A stretch of DNA of 64,000 bases from Blasia pusilla. Lineage: Eukaryota. Where the stretch lies: positions 36,208,001 through 36,272,000 of the forward strand of contig CM114271.1 in the NCBI GenBank assembly GCA_050084515.1, in the 5' to 3' direction. The notes under the pieces were generated by a model. That model did not search any database and was not told the DNA's origin. It was given only the letters and a program-made list of their open reading frames with translations. Both the position numbers and the translations under genes were made by a program. Shown in pieces: positions 1 through 13,408 of this stretch. Position 1 is the first letter of the stretch. Every line of letters starts with the position of its first letter.

Positions 1-2289
1 GAAAAAAGCAAGGTCTCGCCGTAGCTTTGCAGATTCGACGGATGTGAATTGGGATAAGGAGGAGAGTGGTGAATACCATGGCCTGGAGGTGACTCCTTTT
101 TAGGAAAGACATTTGCCCCGCATCAATACTCTCTGTGCCATTGAACTAAATAATGCTGAAGTTGCCATAACTCAATCACATTTTAGCCAAGTACATGTAG
201 TGGAAGTTTTGCAGAGCATGGACACCGATGGGGATGAATGATATTAAGATCTTAGCAATTAGATCAGGATCTCATCGATTAGATAAACTAGAAGTCCATA
301 GTTGTGCCTCTTGTGTGTATGTGTTTTTTAGTTCTTGTGGGGTTGAACCATTTGATAAACATGTTTTTCCTTCATACAACTTAAGAGCTATATTTGTGTA
401 GGGATATAGAGCCAGCTGTTTCAGAGAGTGATTATTCCAATAGACAAGGTGAAGTAGGAGTCCAATGTGAGAAGAACCAAAAATCTAGTGTGTATAGTCA
501 TGAGAAGACAAAGGGAGTTGAGGCCTCAAGAGACTCCAACCATGAGGTCCATGATGTAGATGCTCCCATTGATAATGAGGTGGAGGATACTAGCATGGCC
601 TACGAGAAGAATCGTGAACGTAACATTCAGAGAAGGAAAGAGATGGAGAGAGTTATTTTTCAAAACTGCCAATTGACGTATGTTTTCTTGGCCTAGAGTA
701 TATGGTTGGGGGATCCTTTAGTGGCTTTAAGTCAGTACAAGTAAATTTCATAGTGATTGTTGGTGAAATGAGGAGTACACATGATTACTCATGGCGTGGA
801 ATGAATCATTTCATGTTTATTGAACTAATTGTGAAACATGGATAGTAATGGAGCAATTCAAAAAAAGAGGCAACTAGCAACAAAGATTCATGTTGCTCCA
901 AATATGATAAGCCTTCGCTGACAAAGTGCACGCCTTAAGAAGACCCTAAATATTCCAGATTTCTCAGATAGGAAATCTGAGAAGGAACCAATGGGATATA
1001 CATCAGATGAAGACAATGTGGCCCGTTTGGATTCACCTGATCCTATAAGTATTGAATTATGGGATTATCCATATTATTCAATCGATTGACATTGATTTTT
1101 AGTGGGAGATACTTAATATGAGTATTATTCCTATGATCCTACCTTGTTTGCTAATTAAATTGAGCTCTTTATTGTGTATAGGGATGAGAATATATGAAAG
1201 GAGTCCATGGTGATAGTGTAGAGAGACAAAGATCCCAAGGCCAACAAAATATTGTTAAAGATGGGATGCATATACAGGGTTTAGGGTTTAGACCCCTCCA
1301 CGCTTAGACAGGGACAATATGTCCCATGAACCTCCATGGGAAACTCAGAGTTGGAGAGGAGGCCACTTGTGGGGTGGTTCTCCTTAGTGTGGATGGTACA
1401 ACCAACCCCCTCCCAATGTGTATGGAAGATCTCGAGAGTAGGACTCTCAACCCATGGATGAGAGAGATCTCCATGCAAGAGATGCAGAGAGGTACGTTGG
1501 AGGCATGTCAAGAGATAGATGTATGTGGGACCATTCATCCCCTTGGGGTAAATCACAGAGACCAGGTTCCTACAACCATGTACCATGTGTTGTAGTAGAA
1601 GATTGGAGGCATGGAGAGCACGGATATCCCCTTGTGAGTCGCCCTCAATGACATTCAGTGAGTACTTAATTTGATTCATTTTTTGAAATTTCACATGCCT
1701 TTACCATGTCTGAATGTATTTGTGATTTATTCTCCTCTAATATTCCTTTGCATAAACAGGTTCCACCTCTAAGAGAATTAGAAGGGCCTTCGGTAAGGTG
1801 TTGAATTCGGTATCTTTGCCATAACCTGTCATTGGTTATGATTTCAGATATATTCCATTCAATTGTAGATTTCAGATATCTCCAATGGCTTCTTCTTGTG
1901 CAAATGTTTAAGGGTCCACCGAGTAGAAGTCAATCATGTATGATTGCCACTGCACCAGAAAACACTCCATCTATAGGTGGCGGGATTCACACTTCTGGAG
2001 GTGGGGATTAAGATATCTTGTTCTACATTTCTGAATTTTCTTGAAGATATTAAGTGGATGTTGATTCCCATCTCCCCTTGAACCTCTCCTTCCCACAGTG
2101 AATTTTTATAAATAAACTTCTCCTAAGTATCTAGTATCATAGAGTCCTAACATCTTTCTAATTATATGATGAGTGTTCTGATGTGAAAGAAGAGAAGCAA
2201 GAATCTGGCCCATTGTCGTACAAAGCGTGACCTTTGGAACAAAGAGGCCTCAGAGCGGAACAAGGCCCATCTTTGACCTAGATTTGAGT

Positions 2290-5200
2290 TATTGGAGACT
2301 GGATGGGCCAATAATGAGGCCCCTGGTTATGAGGCAAGGTTCAGTGATGTAAAGGTATGGACGATGCGTTACTTAGATATCTCATGTGTGGATATAGATA
2401 AACAATCGTACGGTGAAATATCACCCCCTTGCTCTTGAAGTAAGTCTTCAGTATGTATCTCTCAATCTTCAGTAAAGAAGACATCTTCTTCCTTAAGCAA
2501 TCCGGGTTTAACCTGGATGCACCAACATACTCCCAAGCCATGTCAATATGATTGTAGACGGTGGCCATGCAAGTAATATCTTGTTTATCTATATCCACAC
2601 ATGAGATATCTAAGTAACGCATCGTCCATACCTTTACATCACTGAACCTTGTCTCATCGTACGGTGAAATATCACCCCGATCATAAGCCTGTAGAATGGG
2701 AACGCCTCGTAGACTACTGGTTGTCCGACGCAACCAAGATGAAAGTTGAAGTAATGAAATTGGCAAGGGGCAAGGTGGAGAATCCGAATCCCAATGGACG
2801 GTCAGATGTTCAGGGTGTGAGGATTGGGGTTGTAAGTGTAGTGATGCAACTCCTTATTTGAGATGATGTTCCTTACTTCCACTATAATCTTATTGTTAAT
2901 CTACTTCAACACACAACTATGGGTGCATTCATTCCAACCAAATAGAGTAAAGAAAGATAAAACATGTACTTTTTTTTTACATTAGGTATATTTCTTAGGA
3001 TTCTTACAATGTTGAGTTGGCTTGTAGGACGGGGAAAGAACAAAAACTCAGAATGAGAAGGAGTTGCAAAGTACTACACGTTTCAGTGGGGGCTCAAAGG
3101 TAAGGTCCATCCTTTAGTGGTATAGCATAGAACATGAAGCATTCATCTTACTTGGAAGTATTTCTTTAAACCTGCTTGTACATTGATAGGCTAAATCATT
3201 ATACCCTCTTCACTATGTCTTTGTGTTTTGCAGAATGCCGTGGACTCACAAGTTACCAATCAACTAGAGGTGCAAGAGCAACGATGGGTAGAGGATGTAA
3301 GGCTTTAAAACATGAGTCAAGTTCCACCATAGCTGAATTAAGTGGACAGATTGCAAATCTGGTCCAAATAGTTGCAGATCTTGCACAGAGGACAGTAGGG
3401 TAGAGGCTTCCAATGCCCACTCAACACCATGCATGACGAAGTCTAAAGTGCAAGAAGGTATGTCCATTTGTAAGAAATCATTATATGCTTGGGCAAATCC
3501 TCATTTGAGTATTTGTTATTGTCTTATTTACTTCAATACACAACTATATGTGCAATCCTTCCAATCGGAAGGTAATTTCTTAGTGTTATTTCCATGCTCT
3601 TGTGCTAGCCTTGAATTTAGCAATGTAGTTGATTTATAAACTGTGTATGAAGATGTGGGTGTGGGTATGACAGGAAGGAGACAAGTTCCGTTACAAAATG
3701 TAGATCCACTAAGTGGCGGCTTAAGTGATGGAGAGACCACACATAAGGGCCCAGATACAATATGGTTAGGAAATTCAAGTAATCAGATATCTCCAATTCT
3801 TAGATTTCAGGTTAGTTATTGAGATTTCAGATTACTTAATTAGGTTTGTTACTTAAGATGGACTTCACATATTGTTACAGGGAATCAAAAGATATTTGCT
3901 CCCTCCATCAAGTTAGGTAGAGAGGCAAGCTCAATCCGCCAAGGTATTTCCTAAACTTTCCTAGTCATAGGGATTTTGAAATGTAGCTCAAAATTAATGG
4001 CAGCTTCATATTTATAGCAAGAATGTGCTCTAGTTCATTGAGAGAAACTAATAAGGATTTATATGTGTGTAGGAGTGCGCATTGTAACAACTCCTTCGAT
4101 TCATGTGTCTCCTAAAGGTATGTAGTGTGGATACTGGTGCTTGAATTTGTTTTCTACCTTTCCTTTATTCAAGTATGATACCAAATAATGGTTACGATGC
4201 TTCATCTTATGTGACTTCATATTCAATTGATTGGACATGAAGGAAAGACAGACACTATGCCTACATTCAAAGATCCTTTGAGTGGCTGCTCAAGTGATAG
4301 AGAGGCCACATTGGGTCAGAAAGATATCCTAAACTCTTACCTTAGTGCATGTTTTCTCACCGTATCTTTAAAGCCAAAGTGGGAGTGGAAAGCCTACTCA
4401 TAAATGAGAATATTGATATTGCTGCAATTTGAAGTTGTCCATGGATTTTTTTTCACTTTCTTCTAATGCTATTCAATGTTTTCCAATAGGAAATGAGAAG
4501 ATTAAGGGCCCCCCCAATAAAGCCGGGTGGAGAGGTAAATTCAACCATAAGGGTAAGTTTTCTTCTACATGCTCTCTTACAAAAATTGGTTAGAGTTTAA
4601 GGTTCTCCTTGATGGATGCTTGTTTAAGGTTTTAGTAATCTGATCTTTTTAGGGTGGAAAATAGCATGTATTCAGGTCTTGAGGTATTTTCTCATTGCTG
4701 TAAAAGAATTTCAGATCTTGATCGTTGTAAAAAGAGTTCAGATCTTTCAAATATGATCATTGTCTTGTATGATTAAATTTGGAAAAAAAATGTATGTAGG
4801 GGCACAAAAGAAGAGGACTCAAGGGATTATGCTGGAAAAGAATCTTGAAGATGGTTTGCTAGTGAAACCATGTCCAATGAAGAAGAAGTCTAAATCCAAA
4901 GTGCACTCGGATTTTGGAAGTAAAGGACGTGCCAGCGAGCCTAAGTTGAGTGGGGGGAGGCAAAAAAAAAAGGTAATAGCCAATGCTCATGTCATTTTCA
5001 AGTATTAGTATTGTTTGTAAGCTTGCAACTTGTTTTTTATATGACATGTGAAGACATGTGTGATATTCCCCATTCAAGTTAGAATTTGGTTGGGAACCAT
5101 TTAATCATACTTTGATCATGCAATTGTAGACAGGCAATGATGTCTCCTTCATAGAACATAGAAATCCTCGCCATGTACTTGCTCATGGAGTGATAACAGG

Positions 5201-5392
5201 GATATCCGGTCGTGATAAAGACAAAGACATTCTAGATGGGGTTATGCGGGTCACAATCTAGAGTGTCTTTGAGCCGGAGTATGCGTTATGGCAAACCAAT
5301 GAGGGGGACAATCCCCCTCAACGAGTATTAGGGGATGCAATAGGAACTAATGTACTCTGGCCTGAATTGAACTTGAAGAAACGGGTAGATTA
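2290..5392 (+). pseudogene. Decayed multi-exon CACTA accessory (TnpA/Ptta-En/Spm-like) gene
   Basis: Peptides HPDHKPVEWERLVDYWLSDATKMKVEVMKLARGKVENPNPNGRS (2649-2830) and a terminal exon ...VLAHGVITG...MRVTI*SVFEPEYALWQTNEGDNPPQRVLGDAIGTNVLWPELNLK (~5130-5390) resemble CACTA ORF2 domains. Many GT..AG-bounded short exons and internal stops. Confidence 0.55.
2329..2657. repeat. 77-bp inverted repeat (2329-2405 / 2581-2657, one mismatch) enclosing an inverted piece of the CACTA ORF
   Basis: Direct base-by-base comparison of the two arms. Confidence 0.95.
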
Positions 5393-5929
5393 AGGCTTTT
5401 TGTTGTTTCCTTCATGTTCTTGGAAATAGTGGTAGCAAAGGAGATTTTGTGATCCATGAAGCATTTTAAATATCACCTATTCTTCCAAAAGTGAGATCAA
5501 CTCATATGCTTTGTGGTCAGATTTTGTGATCAGATATAATATGGTCACATTTTGTGATCAGATGTTAGTAAAATGTGGTTCCTTGAAATTTGATTCCAAG
5601 TTTTATGGGTGTTAATAGTATTGCTTCTTTTATACTTTGGACTTCAAGATGAAAAGTAGTATATACAGATACTAAAAGAGTTCAGATTTGAGTCTACATA
5701 TCATAAAACTTTACCTATAAACTTATGGATACTACACTGATTTGTTCCCATATCAGAAAACTGAGTCTTAAAACTTCACATATCAGAGAACTTCAAATGG
5801 AAGTGCATTTTGTGCACTTACATATTTGAACTCTTTCAGTTTTATAGATGTGAACTCTTTTCGTAAGACCCATTGTATGACTTCTAAGCATAGGACAAAA
5901 GAACATGCAATCATTGAGCAGAAATGACT

Positions 5930-6492
5930 CACATTGTATGACTGTCACAATCATTTGATTTAATAATAGGAATTCCATTTACAACTCAAACCATGACTTG
6001 GAATGACTGGTCATGACTTATCATTACTCACTTCTATATCTTGGCTATCATCGACTACATATAATGTTATGGCTCCATTGTTCAAATAATGACTTGGCCT
6101 GATTAGTGATGACTTGCAACCACTGACCATGACTCATCTTTAATGACTTGCCATGTAAAAATATAGATTATTCCATGACTCATGAACTACCACTTATGAC
6201 TCCAGCATCACTACAACACAATAAATTATGACTCTCGCTATAACTACGCTCATGACTCAAGCAAGTCGTTCTTTATGTATCAAATATGATTACATTATTC
6301 AATTAATGAATTGGATTGACTAGTCATGACCTATGATGATTGATCATGACTAATCATGACTTAACTTTAATGACTAGCCATCTAAAAATATTGAATGCTT
6401 TTTGACCCATAGACTACCACTTACGACTCCAACATGACTACAAAACAAAAACCAATGACTCATGCCATGTCAAAGCACATGACTCAAGCTAG
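5930..6492. repeat. CACTA subterminal repeat array (ATGACT/ATGACTC), including a ~140-bp internal duplication
   Basis: Many atgact motifs; ~6130-6265 resembles ~6350-6490. Confidence 0.8.
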
Positions 6493-6494
6493 TG

Positions 6495-7085
6495 CTGACA
6501 TCTTCTTCTTCGGTTTTTTCCGCCAACATTATGAAAAGCTTGTCCTCCAAATTCTCATCAGCCGCCTCAAGGAATAAATCAATTTTCCTCAAGTCTAGAG
6601 TTGCTCTTTCGGAAGAAGAAAGCTGAAAAAATTGCTTCTCAAACTCACGCAACAATTCATTTAGAGTCATTCCCTTCCCTGGACGTCGCTTCATCCATTC
6701 TAGAAAACTCCTCTTAGTCACCTGATCCACATCATCATCGGAGAATTTTCCTTTCAGAAACTGCTCATACTCCTCCCACGAGGTTGTATTTTCTGCTCTC
6801 CACTTCTTTACTTGACTATGGTATTACAGCTAACTCAAAACTTGACACCATGTCACCTCCGGGTACACGGTTTACCTCCATCTCACAAACCTACTCGCAA
6901 ACATACTTTGTGATGTTCCTACCATCAAATCTCCCCAACTTCTTTACAATCGCTTGGAGAACCCTTGTTGATCTTTGCTCTCTTATATGAACTCCTCCTT
7001 GCTGGTTCAACAGTGTTGTCAAAGTTCGGAGAAGATCCTCAGCTCCCTCAATTTCCATTGATGAAGTACTCCCAAAAGTAGTCAT
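6495..7085 (-). pseudogene. Truncated Ty3/gypsy-like gag fragment
   Basis: Joined ORFs ...VLQAIVKKLGRFDGRNITKYVCE...MEV...SSFEL... and ...KRSFLEWMKRRPGKGMTLNELLREFEKQFFQLS..., lying directly downstream (minus strand) of a PBS and LTR. Confidence 0.7.
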
Positions 7086-7131
7086 CTTGATAAGACTTCA
7101 ACTTGCAAACATAATCTACTGCCTCAAAGAT

Positions 7132-7149
7132 CTCTTAGTGGAAGCACCA
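7132..7149 (-). promoter_or_regulatory. Primer-binding site, resembling the complement of a tRNA-Thr 3' end
   Basis: Minus strand reads LTR end ...GACACGACA + AA + TGGTGCTTCCACTAAGAG. TGG start two nt after CA is the canonical PBS arrangement. The tRNA assignment is from recall. Confidence 0.6.
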
Positions 7150-7151
7150 TT

Positions 7152-8200
7152 TGTCGTGTCGAGAGTTTTTCTTCGAGTAAGGGCGGGCCTTCTAGTTACG
7201 GCAGATATGGTCGATGTAAGGTGAACTCTCTAAGAAGTTCTTCTTTTTCAATAAAAAATTATTATGTATACTCTCCATTCTCTCACGATAGGTATCACAA
7301 ATGAAAGTGCCGAGACGATCACTTCTTTGTAATATCCGATCCTAAAATTCCTAACTATAAATTCCCTATAAACTATTTTACGCTTGTACACGAGGAAGAT
7401 AGCATAACTAGTGTTAAACCCTACTTGAGCAGGCCTATTGATATCCATGGATTGCTATATAAGGACAAACAAAGTACAATCCCATGTTCTTCCATATGTG
7501 ATGATAGGAAGAATCACCGGAGTTGGAGATTGCATGACCTGGTTCATGAATGCCTCTCTAAAGTGATAAACTAAATAGCGAGTGAATCATTGCCTATGTA
7601 CAAAGAATACCTTGACATGATTAGGATTTAGGAAAGGAAATTCGGGCATAACTTGTGCTCCATCCCTATCCATGCTTGACAGACATTCTCTACTCCCCTC
7701 AAGAATGAATTTTGGCATAATTATTCTCGTAAGAGGGGTAATCCACTCTCATTTGGAAAATAAGAAGCCAAAAATTCACTATTTTAGTATAACTAAACTC
7801 CTCTCAAGTTATAAGCCTCTAATCTCCACACACACACCACACTTTAGAAACCTCTTGAAGAATAGACTATGGTCAAGTTTCTCTCCCAAGAGGGATGATC
7901 CACTCTCATTGGAAGAGCAAGCAATCCCAAAGCCATACACTAAAGAGTGACATGAGAGACTCAAGATGTGAAATAGAAGGTGATGAACCTTTAAAGGTCC
8001 CTCCTCTTTATATACCCATAGGAGATCCACTAGAGTACGAAATAGAGCTAATCTTATCTTGTGCCACATGACTTCCTCTCAAGGCATAGCCAATCACATT
8101 TTGACACAAGTAGATTTCCTCTCATCTCTTCCAAAATATCCTCTTTTACCCACTTGATATTTTCCAAGTTATTCCAACTACCCTAGCCACCAACCAAGAC
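7152..8200 (-). mobile_element. LTR of the gypsy-like element; far boundary uncertain, may extend towards ~9530
   Basis: Begins TGTCGTGTC next to the PBS; colinear similarity over ~1 kb to 47436-48430. Confidence 0.7.
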
Positions 8201-9539
8201 TACTTTTGCTTTTCATTAAACCACCAACCTCATTACTTTACTCTTATAAAGTCATCTTTTATTTCTTACCTCTTTTTATAAAGTTGGGCCCGTATAAAAG
8301 AGGCACCATAAAGAGGTTTAAACATGGGAATTTCCTTTTCCTAGGCTAATTTACTTAATACTAATAAAACTCTATCTAGCACTTAATGAGGAAGGAGTTT
8401 ACACACTGGCTGATTTTACTATACGATAACGGAAAGAATGCCAATGGAGACGTTACGCATCCGCACAAAAATAGAGCGCCAAAATTGAGGCACGAAGAGA
8501 TCGAAGCAGCCATTTACCGAAGTGTAATCGAGACGACACCATTTACTTACATGAAGGATCAACTACGTACCCGAGATAATGTCTGTGGCTCCCTGACTGG
8601 ATCCAGAAAATTCTGAAGACGAGGGTGAATTCAGCAACTGCACAAGAAATGTTGGGAGAGTATTCAAGACGGTTACCTTGGTTGGGAGAGAGATCGTCTC
8701 TAGGTTACACATGAAGAGATTTTCCTTGAGGAGAAACTACGAGGGCAAGCCCAATGAAGAACTCTTCTTTGTAGCTCAATCACGAAGGAGAGGCCACCAC
8801 ATATTAGAACACTTCTTACCTGAACTCACCATAAGCTTCTCAACGTTGGAACACATGGAATCAACTCAGTCATTTGCCATGGAAAATTGTCAAACATTCA
8901 GATCCGCTTTCTTTGTGAAATGTGACAGCTTCACTTCTTTACAGCATATCTTATACCAATCTCACTCTAAGCGACCGGAAAGGTCCGAACAAACGGATGA
9001 AGAAGTGGAATAACTCACGATTCTGGGAATGTGGCTCACGATGAGACCAATCTTCTACTAGCATAATGAGGTTGCACTATTGTAGATAGCTCACTAGAGG
9101 CACAATCGAGGGCAGAGTAGAGTCAAGCAAGGTAAAACTTGTACACATGCACCATAAACTAGACTCGGGAGAGAGAGAGATGGAAAAGGCTTCCGAATAC
9201 TAAACCGGAAGATTTTTGGGAGCTGGTGTTCGTTATGGATGGAACCAACTAGTGTTCAATTGAGCGCGTTCACCTCAAGAGCGACTGAAGCAAGAGTGGA
9301 CCTGGACATGACGGTGACCAGCTCCAACCGATCAAGAGAGTTGTTTGCGTCCACACCTCCAGAGCGGCTTCCCAAATTCGCATTCAAGTGCATCTTGGTT
9401 TCACAGCAATCGCGCCCTCTCTCACTCTCCTCTCTCGTGTTTGCTCCCACGCCCTATCTCACTCTCCTCTCTCGTGTTTGTTGCCCCGCCCTCTCGGCCG
9501 ATCACTAGGAGGAGCAATGACAAACTTTGAACACAATAC

Positions 9540-10229
9540 ATGATCTAGTAATAAAACACAACTGATAGAAAAATCAATTGTGTCATAAAAATGGCTAATC
9601 TGGTCATAATAATAACTCATGTAGTAAACACAATGACTCAAATGGTTAGGAAATATGATTCCTACAATCATGAATGACTCGAGATAAATGACTCAAACCA
9701 TCAATATAATGTCGCAGTGAGTTATAAAATATGACTATACACATTTAAGGTGACTAAAATAGTTGTAATTGCGAACCCACCCAATCATAATTAATGACTC
9801 ATGTAGTCATAGGAAATGACGTTGTTCCTAAATATAACTCAGTCATTTCAACAACGTGTCACTCCGTCATTCGTTCATATCATTACACATGTCATCATCT
9901 AATTGAGCCTAAAAAGTCCAGCGTTCCCAAGTATGGCACGTGGCAATATAGTAGTTGATGCTCATTTTGCCACGTCATTTCTTATTTCCATGTCATACGC
10001 CAACTTGGCACTCTGAAGTGTCGCTCACACGTGCCATCTTAGTCATATATCAATGACTGAGTATCTAATGACTTGAGTCATTTACCAATATGGTAGGGAG
10101 AGTCGTATCATGTATATGACTTTGTTTATATGACTCTAATGGTTACGAGTCATCGTGAGTCATTTACCGTGAACAATGACTCAACCTAGTCATTTATTAG
10201 AGTCATATAATTGGAAATTTTTTCTAGTG
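9540..10229. repeat. CACTA right subterminal repeat array and terminal inverted repeat
   Basis: atgactc/gagtcat repeats in both orientations, ending in TAGTG. Confidence 0.8.
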
Positions 10230-13200
10230 ATAGAGACAAAATATAATGGTTTTCACCGAGGGTTTTTTTAGATCACCTCCCTCATTGAGTGTCCTCTTGT
10301 TGGCTGGAATATGCCTCAACCCACCATAGCCGACGCTGATCGTATATCCAGGCTTATCAGCAAGTAATTTTAGTAAACCTTTATGTGAATGATCTTTATT
10401 CACAATACATACCATTGATAGAACTTCTTGAAACTACATGTGGTCTTGTTGTCTTTCCATGTGATTGTGTAGATAGTATTGTAAAATCTTGTCGAGAAAA
10501 GGGTCAGTTGATGCATAGCATGGCAACCGATCCATATAGCACGGAGTTAAATGTTCTCCAAGACATCCAATACTCTCTACTTGTAAGAAATAGGCCTTCC
10601 TATGACATTTTCCACAATGGCAATATTTTTCTCAAGGAGGTAGCCAACTGCAAGGAACATTTCTTCAGCAACAGTAACGGTATTTCACCAAATAGTAGAC
10701 TAACTATTGAAACTGGTATTTTTCCATTCTTATTCCCCTACCAACGAGGATATTTCATTGGAAAAAAAGTCTTTATTGACTATATCTATGCCCGAATACA
10801 ACAGCTGTTTACAGTTTTCACTCTTTATAAACCATATATTCTTGTTATGCACCAATTAAAACAAGCTATTGCATTAGCTTCCTCTATCCGTATGTGCATA
10901 TTAAGCAGAGAGCTAGACCTGATTAAAAAAACCATCCTGACTTGGCCAAAGGGTAGCCGTATTCTTGTTTATCCAAATATAGTTTCATCTCACAAATTCC
11001 AAGAAGTTCTTCTTGGCACATACAACACTTTCGGGACCTTCAGGCAATGGTAAACAAATGGGGGATGCGGAGTTTTTTCCTCACCCTTACTTCAGATGAG
11101 GTATCTAACAGCAAATGACCAAAAATTGATGACATAGAGTTCATTGTTAAAAAATTGAATCCTACCTTTACATGGAGAGATGCTCATATAGAATGTGTTT
11201 TTCTATTTCATACTCGTCTTAAGATGTTTCTTTGTAAAACTATGTTCTTAGTGGCCCTCAAATTCTTGGTCGTGTCCAAAACTATCTTATAAGGTACAAT
11301 GTTTAGAATAGAGGTAGTATTCACGCCCACATTATTTTGTGGGTCCATACCACAGACGTAGATCAAACCACAAATGAAATCTCTTGTTAGATTCCTTCTG
11401 CATAGTCTGTAACTCCACCTGATTGAGTTCATTCTAATGAACTATGAGTCCTCCACCATTATATTGAAACCAAACAAATTCACAAGTGCAAGACGGGTCT
11501 CTATATCATTGGAAGAACTGTAGACCACCCACCCTACTGCCGGATGGGATTTCCTTTCTCACCCACCTATCAGCTGTATGCATCTATAGACCCACTTACG
11601 TTCAAATGGATGTATTACAGACCGGGAGACCACCACATAAACGTTATACCCTACCATCCCGCTATTCTTTTACTTATGGGAGCCCATATGAACCTACAAC
11701 GTGTAACAAATGTCCAATGGTCTGTACCTTCTGAAGTATGCACTCAAATCTGAGCCCAAGGGCTGTTTGAATATAACTATAGAGTGTGCAAGATAACTTA
11801 GACTTGACGGCCTAGATGAGGTGAGACTCAAAATCGTGTCGGGATTTGTATTAAATAGGTCAATATCTTCAACCACTTTAGGTGAGAGGTCGATTAAGAA
11901 GCTCCTTATCATGGATATGGTCATACCTTCATGAATGCATATATAGGGGTATATTCACATATATAGACTCCATTTTTAAAGAGATAAGAAGGTATGTTGT
12001 GTCGAATCTATGGTACAAGGTGCATGCAAAGGAAACTATCTCCAAAGTTCTAGATGTTCTTCGGCCAAAACTTGAATTTTGGAATATCCCCCACTACGTA
12101 CATTCCTGATATACAACACGATCATAATATCGATCATGATCATGTTTCAACAAGCTCTAATACACTCTACCTTGATGTTCTTATAACCGAACAACTTTCC
12201 TTATTTCATCAGCTTCAATCGACAACAACAGGCCTTGTCTTGATCAGTGGGCCACCAGGATGTGGCAAAACTTTTTTTTATCAATTTCATTCGTAGATTT
12301 TAGGAATCTAATTCTTTCAAGTAATTATTGACTGCCACTACTGCGATTGCTACTGTTGGCCTTCATTCATCTGCCACAACTGTCCAGAGATCTCCTGCTT
12401 AGCACCAGATCTACATCATCGTGATAGATAAGTGCTCCATGCTGACTCCAAGGCTACTGCAAATTATTGCAATGAGACTTTATCAGGTCTTTGTACATCC
12501 AACCTCTAATCCTTTTTCAGAAAAATTGATAATCCTTGTTGGTGATCTCTGTCAACTACCACCAATGTGCCGTCGTGACTCTGCCAGCTTATGCATGTTA
12601 TGTCATATTTCATCATCTCCATTCTTTCCTACACTCCCCAAGTACAACCTCACTTTAAGGTTGAGACACAGTTTTGATCCCCTATTTCTACAATTCCTCT
12701 ATAATGCCAGAACAACTCTGTCTACTCAAACTGATATAAACCAATGTCTTGGCAATTTTTTTGTTGATGAAAATTCTGCTACCGACTTCCTCGATGAATA
12801 TACATAAACATCTGTTCTCACCGTTGCGATATACATCTTTTCAATGTCATCGCAATCAAAAGATTGTTTGGTGATGTTGACATGATTCCTGTCCCATTCA
12901 TATCAAATGAACTGCAGATCCACAATTTTAGAAATAGATTCATGATCAAGACTTCCATTAGCTCTTGTTTATTGCAATTGGATGAAAGATCATGCTCACG
13001 AGCAATGTTGACATATTCATACAAGCAATCAATGGGACATTTTCCATTATTGTAGATTGTGTATTTGTTTCCGGTCAGATGAAAACAATAATTCTTAGGA
13101 TTATTTGCATTACAAGAATGAACTTCTCTACTCTCAAACATGGGCCTGGCCAAAAATATCAAAACAAAACTTTTCCACTTATTCTTGCTTATGCAATGAC

Positions 13201-13408
13201 AACTCACAAAAGTCAAGGCATGACAATAGATACAAAGTGTCTCCTTGTTATAAAAGCAACATTTGTTCCTGGCCTTGTTTACGTAATGCTCTCTAGGATG
13301 AAGACAAGGGAGAACCTCCGAATCCTTGGATCAATCTGCCCATTGGACTTATGTGTTTTTGGCGAGAGGAATATAGATATAACCAAGCTGTTATTGCGGA
13401 CAATATGA
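10230..13408 (+). pseudogene. Helitron Rep-helicase (HUH replication initiator + PIF1-like SF1 helicase), multiply frameshifted
   Basis: FPFLFPYQRG; WGMRSFFLTLTS; HUH-like (GSI)HAHIILW at ~11310-11345; Walker A GPPGCGKT (~12250); IDKCSML; LVGDLCQLPP; FPLILAYAMTTHKSQGMTI and GLVYVMLSR. Confidence 0.9.

Larger units (their letters stand above)
1..10229 (+). mobile_element. CACTA (En/Spm) DNA transposon, right-hand part; left end lies outside the window; interrupted by a retroelement at ~6495-9530
   Basis: Ends in ...aattttttcTAGTG (10225-10229), the reverse complement of a CACTA terminus. Dense subterminal ATGACT(C)/GAGTCAT repeats at ~5930-6490 and ~9540-10210. Multi-exon decayed TnpA-like coding remnants lie upstream. 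Confidence 0.75.

Noticed and set aside
1276-1291. AGGGTTTAGGGTTTAG telomere-like motif
   Set aside because: Only about two units inside a TE; not distinguishable from chance or a telo-box.
5930-6492. Regularly recurring short repeats suggesting a CRISPR-like array
   Set aside because: Repeats are 6-7 bp, irregularly spaced, in eukaryotic DNA and lead to a CACTA terminus; they are subterminal repeats.
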